From Clostridia bacterium (GTDB lineage Bacteria > Bacillota > Clostridia > Christensenellales > Borkfalkiaceae), in contig JAFWBP010000016.1 in the NCBI GenBank assembly GCA_017507045.1, forward strand, positions 231 through 64,230: a stretch of DNA of 64,000 nt. The letters run 5' to 3'. The notes below the pieces were generated by a model. That model made no database searches, had not been told where the DNA came from, and worked only from the letters and a program-made list of their open reading frames with translations. The translations under genes were made by a program, and so were the position numbers. This document shows positions 36,348 through 44,911 of this stretch, in pieces (positions within the stretch are counted from its first letter, which is position 1; each line of letters starts with the position of its first letter).

Positions 36348-37268
36348 ATGGATATTTATGCGCTCTTGAGCGAACGCTTTGCAAAGCTCACACTTGTGCG
36401 AAATTTTTCCTTCGCACGGAATACGACGATCGGCTGCGGCGGCACAGCTGCTGTGTGCGCCTATCCCACGGGAAAAGAGGAGCTTACCGCTCTAATTTCC
36501 TTTTTGGAAAAGCAGAAAATTGCATATTGCTTTCTCGGCGCGGGGGCGAACGTACTTCCTGCGGAAGGCTATTACAGCGGCGTTGTGATTCGTTTTTCCC
36601 GCATGCGCCGCCTTGTAGCGAAAGGTGAGAGGATAATTGCCGATGCCGGCGTTACGGGCGGTGAGCTTCTTCGCTTTGCGCGAGCACACAACATTGGCGG
36701 CTTGGAATTTCTTACGGGAATTCCAACCACGGTGGGCGGTGCAACTTGCGGAAACGCAGGAGTAGGAGAAGGGCATATCGGCGATCTCGTTTTAGAAGTT
36801 TGCGGCGTTGAGCACGGAAAAATGCGCGTGTTTTCTCTCACGGATTGCGCCTTTTCGGAGAAAAAGAGCGCTTTTCAGAACGGTGCTGCCATTGCAGAAG
36901 TAACGTTGCGCGGATTTTCTTCTTCCCAAGAGAAGATCGAGGCGCGTCTTGCTTACTTTCGCGATAGGCGCAGGCATCTTCCCAAGGGCAGGAGTATGGG
37001 CTGTGTATTCGTAAATCCACCCGAGATATCGGCAGGAAAGCTCATTGAGGATTGCGGACTCAAGGGATTTCGCTTAGGCGGCGCGTACGTGGCGGAAGAG
37101 CACGCGAATTTCGTGATGAACGGCGGTGCAACTGCGTTAGAGATATCAACGCTAATTGAACATATCAAACGAACGGTTTTTGAGCGGACGGGCATTCTCC
37201 TTCGGGAGGAGATCCGAAGGCTCCCCGTAGATTACATACAGGAAAGTACAGCGGAGAACAGAATATGA
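36348..37268 (+). CDS. murB: UDP-N-acetylenolpyruvoylglucosamine reductase
   Basis: FAD-binding pattern (NTTIGCGG, LGAGANVL, GLEFLTGIPTTVGGA). Confidence 0.9.
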   Translation: MDIYALLSERFAKLTLVRNFSFARNTTIGCGGTAAVCAYPTGKEELTALISFLEKQKIAYCFLGAGANVLPAEGYYSGVVIRFSRMRRLVAKGERIIADAGVTGGELLRFARAHNIGGLEFLTGIPTTVGGATCGNAGVGEGHIGDLVLEVCGVEHGKMRVFSLTDCAFSEKKSAFQNGAAIAEVTLRGFSSSQEKIEARLAYFRDRRRHLPKGRSMGCVFVNPPEISAGKLIEDCGLKGFRLGGAYVAEEHANFVMNGGATALEISTLIEHIKRTVFERTGILLREEIRRLPVDYIQESTAENRI

Positions 37269-38038
37269 AGCTTACGGCAGATTATCATACGCACACAATT
37301 TATTCCGATGGAAAAAATACCGTCCTTGAGAACGCCCTCGCGGCAGACGAGGTGGGGCTCAAAGAGATCGCCATCACCGAGCACGGCTATTCGCATTGGT
37401 TCCGCGGCCTCAAACGGAGCGAAACAACCGCTTGGCTGGAGGAGATCGCCGAAGCGGACAAGCAGACGAACGTGAAGGTACTGCGCGGTATGGAATGCAA
37501 CATTCGCGGTGTTTCCGGGCTCTGTGATTTTACGGAAAGCGATTACGAGAATTTCGACGTATTCCTCGCGGGAATTCACGTCGTTATCCGCTACGAGCAC
37601 TTTTCGGATAGAAAACTCGGCTGGAGCGGATGGCGCAGGCGCCTCGTGGGCATGAAGCCTTCTTCTTCTCTCTTGCGCGATACGACGAAGGCATTCGTCA
37701 ACGCGATTGAAAAAAATCCCATCGACATCATTACACACCTCAATTTCCAGTGTTTTGCAGATGTTGTTGAGGTTGCCAAGTGCTGCAGCGATAACGGCAC
37801 TTACCTTGAAATCAGTTCGAAAAAGGAACACCTCACCGATGAGGAGCTTGCCGATATCGTGGCGAAAACGGAAGTGAAATTTATCGTCAATTCAGATGGG
37901 CATTTCACATCGCGCATCGGCGATTGCACGCTCGCGGAAAAGCAGATATTAAGAGTGGGAGTTCCCCTTGAGCGGATCGTGAACGTTGATGGAAAACTTC
38001 CAACCTTCCGCTTTGCAGAGTTCAAAAAGCACATGTAA
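37265..38038 (+). CDS. PHP-domain phosphoesterase (histidinol-phosphatase family)
   Basis: DYHTHTIYSDG...ITEHG... with later His/Asp motifs. ATGA overlap with murB. Confidence 0.8.
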   Translation: MKLTADYHTHTIYSDGKNTVLENALAADEVGLKEIAITEHGYSHWFRGLKRSETTAWLEEIAEADKQTNVKVLRGMECNIRGVSGLCDFTESDYENFDVFLAGIHVVIRYEHFSDRKLGWSGWRRRLVGMKPSSSLLRDTTKAFVNAIEKNPIDIITHLNFQCFADVVEVAKCCSDNGTYLEISSKKEHLTDEELADIVAKTEVKFIVNSDGHFTSRIGDCTLAEKQILRVGVPLERIVNVDGKLPTFRFAEFKKHM

Positions 38039-38051
38039 GCGGAGGTGGCCC

Positions 38052-38954
38052 GTGAACTTCACGCAGGAAATCAAGCGTGATTTAATTAAATATTTTCCGA
38101 AGGATCGGGATAGCAAGAGTGCACTTCTTGCCGCCGTTCTCGATACGAGCGGAAATTTCCGTTTTGGCGAAGGAAACACGCTTATCAATTTCACTTTCAC
38201 CATTGAGAGCGAAGAGAGTGCGGAGTATCTTTTGGGCGTGTTCGAGCAGCTTTTTCCGGGGGAACGCATGACAGTCTCTCAGATCGTGCTCGATCCGAAG
38301 CGCGGAAAAAATAAGCTCACCGTTTCTTATACGGGAGCTCGGGCAGCAGAGCTTACTGATGCGATTCGAGGTTACGAAGAGGGCGATGAAGCGGATATTT
38401 ACTACCTTCGAGGTGCCTTTTTAAGCGGCGGAAGCTGCACGCTTCCCAAAGAGGGAAAAAAAACAGGATACCACCTTGAAGTCGTTTTTGAAGATCAAAG
38501 CAAAGCAACGTTTTTTTTGGAGCTTCTCGAACGTTTTCAGCTCATTGGAAGCATCGTAAGGCGCGGAGATAAACAAGTCGGCTATCTCAAAAGTCGAGAG
38601 GCGATTTCCGATTTCTTATCGGTGATCGAAGCGCGAAGAGCGCTCCGCACGCTGGAAAAAATCTCTGCCACGCGTGAAGAAAATAACCAAGAGAACCGTG
38701 TGGGCAACTGTATGGCAGGCAACGCCGATAAAACGGCGATTGCGAGCGCCGCGCAAACGGTCGCCTTTAAACGGCTGAAAAGAGAGGGGGTGCTTTCTGC
38801 ACTGGAAGCTTCGCTCAAAGAGGTTGCCGAAGCGCGCCTGGAAAACCCCACACTTTCCTTAGTGGAGCTTGCAGAAAAGCTCAATATCACCAAAAGTTGC
38901 CTCAACCATAGAATCAGAAAGTTGATGCAGTTATATATAAAGACAGTTTCGTGA
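38052..38954 (+). CDS. whiA: DNA-binding protein WhiA
   Basis: FTQEIKRDL..., a LAGLIDADG-like core and a C-terminal HTH (LSLVELAEKLNITKSCLNHRIRKL). GTG start after GGAGGTGG. Confidence 0.88.
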   Translation: MNFTQEIKRDLIKYFPKDRDSKSALLAAVLDTSGNFRFGEGNTLINFTFTIESEESAEYLLGVFEQLFPGERMTVSQIVLDPKRGKNKLTVSYTGARAAELTDAIRGYEEGDEADIYYLRGAFLSGGSCTLPKEGKKTGYHLEVVFEDQSKATFFLELLERFQLIGSIVRRGDKQVGYLKSREAISDFLSVIEARRALRTLEKISATREENNQENRVGNCMAGNADKTAIASAAQTVAFKRLKREGVLSALEASLKEVAEARLENPTLSLVELAEKLNITKSCLNHRIRKLMQLYIKTVS

Positions 38955-38960
38955 GAACAT

Positions 38961-41900
38961 ATGACTGATTTCGTACATCTCCATCTGCATACCGAATATA
39001 GCCTTCTCGACGGTGCCGTGAAGGTGGATGATCTTGTGCGCCACTGTGTGGAAAATAACATTGATACAGTTGCCGTAACCGATCACGGCAATATGTATTC
39101 TTCACTCCGTTTCGCTGAAAAGTGCAAAAAGAACAAGATTAAGGCAATTATCGGCTGCGAGTTTTACGTTGTGGATAACTACCGTGAGCGCATTGATCAG
39201 AAGGCAGATCATCTCATTTTACTTGCCAAAAATAAGGCCGGCTATATCAATCTTGTTCAACTCGATTCGCTCGCCTTCGTCGATGGCTTCTACTATCGCC
39301 CTCGTATTGATTACACCGTGCTCAAAGAGCATACGGAAGGGGTGATCTGCCTCTCCGCATGCCTTGCCGGGCGTATTCCGCGCCTTCTAATGGCGGGGGA
39401 ATATGAAAAAGCGAAGGAATTCGCCCTCTATATGCAGGGCCTTTTCGGCGAGGATTTCTATCTGGAAATTCAAGATCACGGGCTTGCCGAACAAAAGCGC
39501 ATTTTGCCTGATCTCGTGCGCCTTTCCAAAGAGACGGGCATCGAACTCGTTGCCACGAACGACGTGCACTATCTTCGATCAGAGGATTGGGAAATGCAGG
39601 ACGTTCTCATGTGTATTCAAATGAAGAAGACGCTTGACGATCCTGCTCGCATGAAGATGGAAACGAAGGAATTTTACATGAAATCGGGCGATGAGATGGC
39701 GGCGCTTTTTCCCCATCTTCCGCAGGCGATTGCCAATACGCGCGTCATCGCGAATAAAATTTCCGATACCGATACGCCCTTCAACTTAAAGCCGAACGGC
39801 GATCCCGTTTACGATAAATCGCTCATTCCACTTTATACAGCAGACGACGGCACGTCATCCGATGATTATCTCAGGCGGCTCACTTGGGAGGGGCTTTCCA
39901 CGCGCTATCCCGAAATTACGGAAGAAATCCGTGCACGCGCGGAATACGAGCTGAGTGTTATCATCAAGATGGGCTTTGCCGATTACTATCTCATCGTGTG
40001 GGATTATATCAATTGGTCTCGCCTCCACGATATTCCTGTTGGCCCGGGTAGAGGCTCTGGCGTGGGAAGCATCGTTGCCTACGCCATCGGGATCACAAAC
40101 GTTGATCCCTTGCGCTACGATCTGCTCTTTGAGCGATTTTTAAATCCCGATCGCGTTTCCATGCCCGATTTCGATGTTGATTTTTGCACGGCGCGCAGAG
40201 AAGAAACCATTGAATACGTTCGAAGGCGCTATCATCCCGAGAACGTGGCGCAGATCATCACCTTCGGTACGCTCGCTTCGCGCGCAGCAATCAAGGATGT
40301 AGGGCGCGTTATGCGCGTGCCGTATGCCGATACCGATCGCGTTACCAAACTCATGGACGGAAAATCAACGATCCGCGAACTATTGGGGCTCAATCTTGCA
40401 GGCTGCAGAAAAAAAATTGAAAAGCTTGCCGAGGAAGTTGCAGAGCAAAAAAATATTGTTGCAAGTGCGCCAAACGGAGCGGAGGGCGAAGCTGCAATGA
40501 AGCTTGCCGATTTGCAGAGCAAGCTGGATGAAGCGCAGAAAAAGCTTTCCGATCAAGAAGGAAAGCGCAACGCCGAATTCATCGAGATATACGAAAGCGA
40601 CGAAACGCTGAAACGCGTTATCGATATGGGGCTAAAGCTGGAAGGAATGCCCCGTAATACCTCAAAGCACGCTGCAGGCGTGGTTATTTGCCGCAAAAAG
40701 ATCGCCGATAACGTGCCGCTTTCTCGCAACAATGAGGATATCACCACGCAGTTTGATATGAAGGAAGTAGAATCCATCGGTATGCTGAAGATGGATTTCC
40801 TTGCGCTCACAACGCTTACCGATATCAAAAAGGCGCTCGATTATATCAAAGAGGATACGGGAAGAACGGTAACGTTCGATCAGAGCTGCGATGATCCGGG
40901 TGCGTACGCGCTCATTTCGGAAGGGGATACTGATGCAGTATTCCAACTTGAACAGGGTGGTATGAAGCGCTTCATGAAACAGCTTCAGCCCAACTGCCTT
41001 GAAGATCTTATCGCCGGAATCTCTCTCTACCGCCCCGGCCCCATGGATTTCATTCCCAACTATCTCAAAAACAGGGCGGATCCTCAGCACATCGAATATC
41101 TCACGCCCCTTCTTCGCCCCATTCTTGAAAAGACGTACGGCGTTATCATCTACCAAGAGCAAGTTATGCAGATCTTCCAAAATCTCGCAGGCTACTCTTT
41201 GGGGCAGGCAGATCTCGTTCGCCGCGCGATGTCGAAAAAGCATCTCAACGAGCTGATGGCGCAGAAGGAAAAGTTCATCTACGGCGATATAGAAAAGGGC
41301 GGAAATATCACGGGCTGCGTGGCGCGCGGAATTGCACCCGAGGTTGCCGCGGAGCTTTTCGGGCAGATGGAATCTTTTGCTTCGTATGCATTCAACAAGT
41401 CGCACGCGGCGGCCTATTCCGTAGTCACCTATCAAACGGCGTTTTTAAAGAAATATTATCCCAAGGAATTCCTTGCAGGCGTTCTCAACAACCGCATTGA
41501 TAAGATTGAAGAGATCGCCAAGTACGTCGTTTATATGAAGGAAAAGAACATCGCGGTGTACCCGCCCGATGTGAACTGCTCCAAGGCGTACTTTTCTGTG
41601 CAGGATAAGGGTTTGCGTTTTGGGCTTTGCGCCCTGCGCGGCGTGGGGATCGGCGCTATGGAAGCGGTGATTGCCGAGCGAGAGAAGAACGGCCCCTTCA
41701 AGGATTTCCCCGATTTCCTTATGCGCTGCATTAAGTTCGTGAACAGGCGCATGGTGGAAGCGCTCATTTTTGGCGGCGCCTTCGATGGAATGGGTAAGCG
41801 GCGTTCGCAGTACGCAGCAGTTTGTGAAGAGCTCATGCGCCGTATTGCAGGAATGGATAAGCAGCGGAGCGGCTTGCAGATGTCTCTCTTCGGTGATATC

Positions 41901-42617
41901 ATCGCCGAGGAAGCGCCTAAAGCGGAATACCCCGATATTCCCGAGTGGGATACGATGGATCTACTTTCTAAGGAAAAATCGGTGCTCGGTGTTTACGTAA
42001 GCGGGCATCCCTTCGGGATGTATGCAAAGCACTTCGAGCGTTGCAATTTCCACTGCGGCATGCTTGCCGATTACGAGGAAGATGAGGAGACGGGGGATCG
42101 CGTATACCAGCGCATCAAGAGTGGGGATGCCGTTACGATGGGTGGAATCGTTTCCTCGGTGAAGCGCATCAATACGAAGTCCGGCACCACAATGGCGTTT
42201 ATCACGCTGGAAGATCTGTACGGCAGTATCGAGTGCGTGGCGTTTCCGCGCATCTTCGAAAAAGCAAAGCCATTCCTGCGGCAGGATGCCGTGGTGAGCG
42301 TTGCAGGAAAAATTGATATTGCACCGGAAAAGTTGCCCGTTATCGTGCTTGATACCCTCGAAGGATTTACTCCTTCAGAAGAAAAGCGTGAACCCGTGCG
42401 AGAAGAGCCAAAAGAGCAGGTGCTTTGGCTTGATGCCCGTGCGATGAGTGAGGAAGATTTTTCTGAACTCATAGAGGCTGTGATGCAATATGAAGGCAAT
42501 ATGAAGGCGAAGATCTTGCACGGCGGAAAGAGATATGAATTTTCCGTTAATTTAAGCCGTGCGCTTTCAGCGGAGCTACGCACCTTCCTGCCGGCGGCCT
42601 GCATCAAGCTCGTTTAA
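38961..42617 (+). CDS. dnaE: DNA polymerase III alpha subunit (DnaE type)
   Basis: PHP N-terminus (FVHLHLHTEYSLLDG), palm/fingers (PDFDVDF, KHAAGVVI) and an OB domain. Confidence 0.95.
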   Translation: MTDFVHLHLHTEYSLLDGAVKVDDLVRHCVENNIDTVAVTDHGNMYSSLRFAEKCKKNKIKAIIGCEFYVVDNYRERIDQKADHLILLAKNKAGYINLVQLDSLAFVDGFYYRPRIDYTVLKEHTEGVICLSACLAGRIPRLLMAGEYEKAKEFALYMQGLFGEDFYLEIQDHGLAEQKRILPDLVRLSKETGIELVATNDVHYLRSEDWEMQDVLMCIQMKKTLDDPARMKMETKEFYMKSGDEMAALFPHLPQAIANTRVIANKISDTDTPFNLKPNGDPVYDKSLIPLYTADDGTSSDDYLRRLTWEGLSTRYPEITEEIRARAEYELSVIIKMGFADYYLIVWDYINWSRLHDIPVGPGRGSGVGSIVAYAIGITNVDPLRYDLLFERFLNPDRVSMPDFDVDFCTARREETIEYVRRRYHPENVAQIITFGTLASRAAIKDVGRVMRVPYADTDRVTKLMDGKSTIRELLGLNLAGCRKKIEKLAEEVAEQKNIVASAPNGAEGEAAMKLADLQSKLDEAQKKLSDQEGKRNAEFIEIYESDETLKRVIDMGLKLEGMPRNTSKHAAGVVICRKKIADNVPLSRNNEDITTQFDMKEVESIGMLKMDFLALTTLTDIKKALDYIKEDTGRTVTFDQSCDDPGAYALISEGDTDAVFQLEQGGMKRFMKQLQPNCLEDLIAGISLYRPGPMDFIPNYLKNRADPQHIEYLTPLLRPILEKTYGVIIYQEQVMQIFQNLAGYSLGQADLVRRAMSKKHLNELMAQKEKFIYGDIEKGGNITGCVARGIAPEVAAELFGQMESFASYAFNKSHAAAYSVVTYQTAFLKKYYPKEFLAGVLNNRIDKIEEIAKYVVYMKEKNIAVYPPDVNCSKAYFSVQDKGLRFGLCALRGVGIGAMEAVIAEREKNGPFKDFPDFLMRCIKFVNRRMVEALIFGGAFDGMGKRRSQYAAVCEELMRRIAGMDKQRSGLQMSLFGDIIAEEAPKAEYPDIPEWDTMDLLSKEKSVLGVYVSGHPFGMYAKHFERCNFHCGMLADYEEDEETGDRVYQRIKSGDAVTMGGIVSSVKRINTKSGTTMAFITLEDLYGSIECVAFPRIFEKAKPFLRQDAVVSVAGKIDIAPEKLPVIVLDTLEGFTPSEEKREPVREEPKEQVLWLDARAMSEEDFSELIEAVMQYEGNMKAKILHGGKRYEFSVNLSRALSAELRTFLPAACIKLV

Positions 42618-42715
42618 AAATTATTTGGTAAAATAATTCAAAATTAATAGAAAACCTATTCCAATTTTCGGCAGTATCTGCTATAATGAATAGGTATGGA
42701 TATACGGAGGTCAGA

Positions 42716-43678
42716 ATGAAGAGAATCGGCTTACTTACAAGCGGAGGGGATGCGCCCGGTATGAACGCGGCGATCCGCGCCGTCGTGCGCACCGCCATCT
42801 ATTATGGAATGGAGGTGTACGGCATCGAGCGCGGCTACGCAGGTCTCATTGAGGATAGAATGGAAAAGATGGAGATGCGAACCGTATCCGATATCGTTCA
42901 CCGCGGCGGCACGAAGCTTAGAACGGCGCGTTGCCTTGAAATGCTCACGAAAGAGGGGCAGGAGCAGGCGGTTGCCACACTCAGAAGGCGTGGGATTGAA
43001 GGTCTCGTCGTCATCGGTGGCGATGGCTCCTTCCGCGGTGCAAAATGCCTCACAGAGAATTACGGAATTCCCACAATCGGCATTCCCGGCACGATTGATA
43101 ATGATCTCGAATACACCGATTATACGCTTGGCTTCGATACAGCGGTAAATACCTGCATCGAAGTTATCAACAAGCTACGCGATACGATGAATTCTCACGA
43201 GCGCATCTCAGTTGTGCAGGTAATGGGGCGCCATTGCGGCGATATTGCGCTTTACGCAGGCATCACCTCGGGCGCCGAAATTATCGTCGTTCCTGAAATT
43301 CCCTATAAAATGGAGGATGTTATCTCGCGCATCAAGCGTTCCCGCGAAGGCGGCAAGCACTCTAACATCATCGTGATCGCTGAGGGCGTTATGAGTGCAG
43401 AAGAATTTACCAAGCAGCTCCAGTCGCTCACGAAATATTCTGTTCGTGCCACGAACATCGGGCATATCCAGCGCGGCGGCTCGCCTTCCATGGCGGATAG
43501 AATGCTTGCGGCGCAGTTTGGCAACAAGGCGGTGCGCCTCCTCAAGGATGGCATCGGAAACCGCGTTGTTGGCATTCGCAATAACCAAATTATTGATATG
43601 GATATCATCGAGGCAGTCTCTATGGAAAAGCGCTTCAATTACGAGCTTTATGAGACGTTACAGATGATCTCCCTGTAA
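42716..43678 (+). CDS. pfkA: ATP-dependent 6-phosphofructokinase
   Basis: MKRIGLLTSGGDAPGMNAAIRAVVR, IGGDGS and PGTIDND. GGAGG RBS; the -10 TGCTATAAT lies at 42679-42687. Confidence 0.95.
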   Translation: MKRIGLLTSGGDAPGMNAAIRAVVRTAIYYGMEVYGIERGYAGLIEDRMEKMEMRTVSDIVHRGGTKLRTARCLEMLTKEGQEQAVATLRRRGIEGLVVIGGDGSFRGAKCLTENYGIPTIGIPGTIDNDLEYTDYTLGFDTAVNTCIEVINKLRDTMNSHERISVVQVMGRHCGDIALYAGITSGAEIIVVPEIPYKMEDVISRIKRSREGGKHSNIIVIAEGVMSAEEFTKQLQSLTKYSVRATNIGHIQRGGSPSMADRMLAAQFGNKAVRLLKDGIGNRVVGIRNNQIIDMDIIEAVSMEKRFNYELYETLQMISL

Positions 43679-43732
43679 CAGTCGTTTATCCTTTTAATAA
43701 TAGCAGGGTTTTATCGCAGTAAGGGGAATTCC

Positions 43733-44656
43733 ATGATACTTTCAGTGTGCATGAGTCCGAGTGTGGATGTCACCATAGAGCTCGATTCGCTCAACGTTGG
43801 GAAGACGAACGTTGTGAAAAGCAAATCGCTTTCCTTTACGGGGAAAGCAATCAACGTGGCAATCGGCGTGGCGCGCCTAGGTGAGGCGGTGCAAGCAACG
43901 GGCTTTATGTACAGCGAAAACGGCGCGATGTTCGAGCGTGCGCTCGAAAAAGAGGGCGTTCCTTACGCCTTCGTCGGCTGTGAGGGCAGAGTGCGTGAGA
44001 ATTATAAGATCATTGATCAGCGTTCCATGCTCACCGAGATCAACGACGTAGGCGCGCGCATCGGCGCGGATAAGCTTGTGGAACTCATGCAGGTGGTGCG
44101 CGATCGCTCTTCAGAGGCGAACGTTACCGTTATCTCAGGCGGGCTTCCCCGCGGCGTGGAAACAAGCTATTACCGTGAGATTCTTCGCGCGGTCGATCGA
44201 AGATCTTTGCGTATCGCGGATACTACGGGCGCAAAGATGTTTGCGGCACTCGAGGCGGGGGTGGATCTCGTGAAGCCCAACCGCGAGGAGCTTGAGGAAT
44301 CGCTGGGCCGCACGCTCAGAACGAAAGAGGATATTCTTTCCGCCTGCCAAGAGCTGATAAGCCGCGGTGCCAAAACGGTGCTTCTCTCCCTCGGAAAGGA
44401 TGGTGCCGTTATCACCAACGGTACGAACAGCTATTATTGTAAGAGCATCAACGTGGCGGTCAACTCTACGGTTGGTGCAGGTGACGGTATGGTTGCGGCA
44501 GCAGCCGTGATGCTGCAAAAGGGGGCCGATTTGCCCGATATCCTGCGCGCCGGCGTTGCGGCAGGCACGGCAACGGTTACCACTTTCGGCACAACATCCT
44601 TTACAAAAACGAAGTATGAAGAGGTGTTCTCCAATCTCTCCGTTACACAGTTTTAA
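43733..44656 (+). CDS. PfkB-family sugar-phosphate kinase (1-phosphofructokinase / tagatose-6-P kinase-like)
   Basis: N-terminus NPSVD-like (MSPSVDVT), GKAINVA, and the C-terminal GAGDGMVAA anion hole. Confidence 0.8.
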   Translation: MILSVCMSPSVDVTIELDSLNVGKTNVVKSKSLSFTGKAINVAIGVARLGEAVQATGFMYSENGAMFERALEKEGVPYAFVGCEGRVRENYKIIDQRSMLTEINDVGARIGADKLVELMQVVRDRSSEANVTVISGGLPRGVETSYYREILRAVDRRSLRIADTTGAKMFAALEAGVDLVKPNREELEESLGRTLRTKEDILSACQELISRGAKTVLLSLGKDGAVITNGTNSYYCKSINVAVNSTVGAGDGMVAAAAVMLQKGADLPDILRAGVAAGTATVTTFGTTSFTKTKYEEVFSNLSVTQF

Positions 44657-44735
44657 TTGCGTGATACCCGAAACGTCGCGTGTAACGTTTGCGCCCTTTG
44701 TTTCACATGCGCAAACCGTATAAAATGAACCTTGA

Positions 44736-44784
44736 CCACAAGATATAGTGGCATTAAAAAGATTATAATGCAAAATATGGTGCC
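44736..44784 (+). promoter_or_regulatory. Putative tandem NrdR boxes upstream of nrdDG
   Basis: CCACAAGATATAGTGG (44736-44751) is a good match to the NrdR palindrome. TGCAAAATATGGTGCC (44769-44784) is weaker. Their centres are about 33 bp apart. Confidence 0.5.
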
Positions 44785-44790
44785 AAACGC

Positions 44791-44820
44791 TTGACAGCGG
44801 CACGATAAGAATGTTATAAT
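44791..44820 (+). promoter_or_regulatory. SigmaA promoter of nrdD with extended -10
   Basis: TTGACA, an 18-nt spacer ending in TGT, then TATAAT (44815-44820). Confidence 0.65.
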
Positions 44821-44911
44821 AAATGCGTTCCCATCCGGGGAACGCTTCTTTTCTTTGCTTTACAAAATGGCAAAAAAAGGGTTACGCAGAAGAAAAAAAG
44901 AGAGGTGTATC

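Noticed and set aside
40395-40560. An extra ~45-50 aa in DnaE between the DRVTKLM and GLKLEG landmarks, considered as a possible intein or mobile insertion. NrdD and PolA were also checked.
   Set aside because: The insert is a charged, coiled-coil-like stretch (KKIEKLAEEVAEQ...LQSKLDEAQKKL) without intein splice motifs (no Cys/Ser +1, no HN-C/S/T junction). NrdD and PolA are of ordinary length and continuous.
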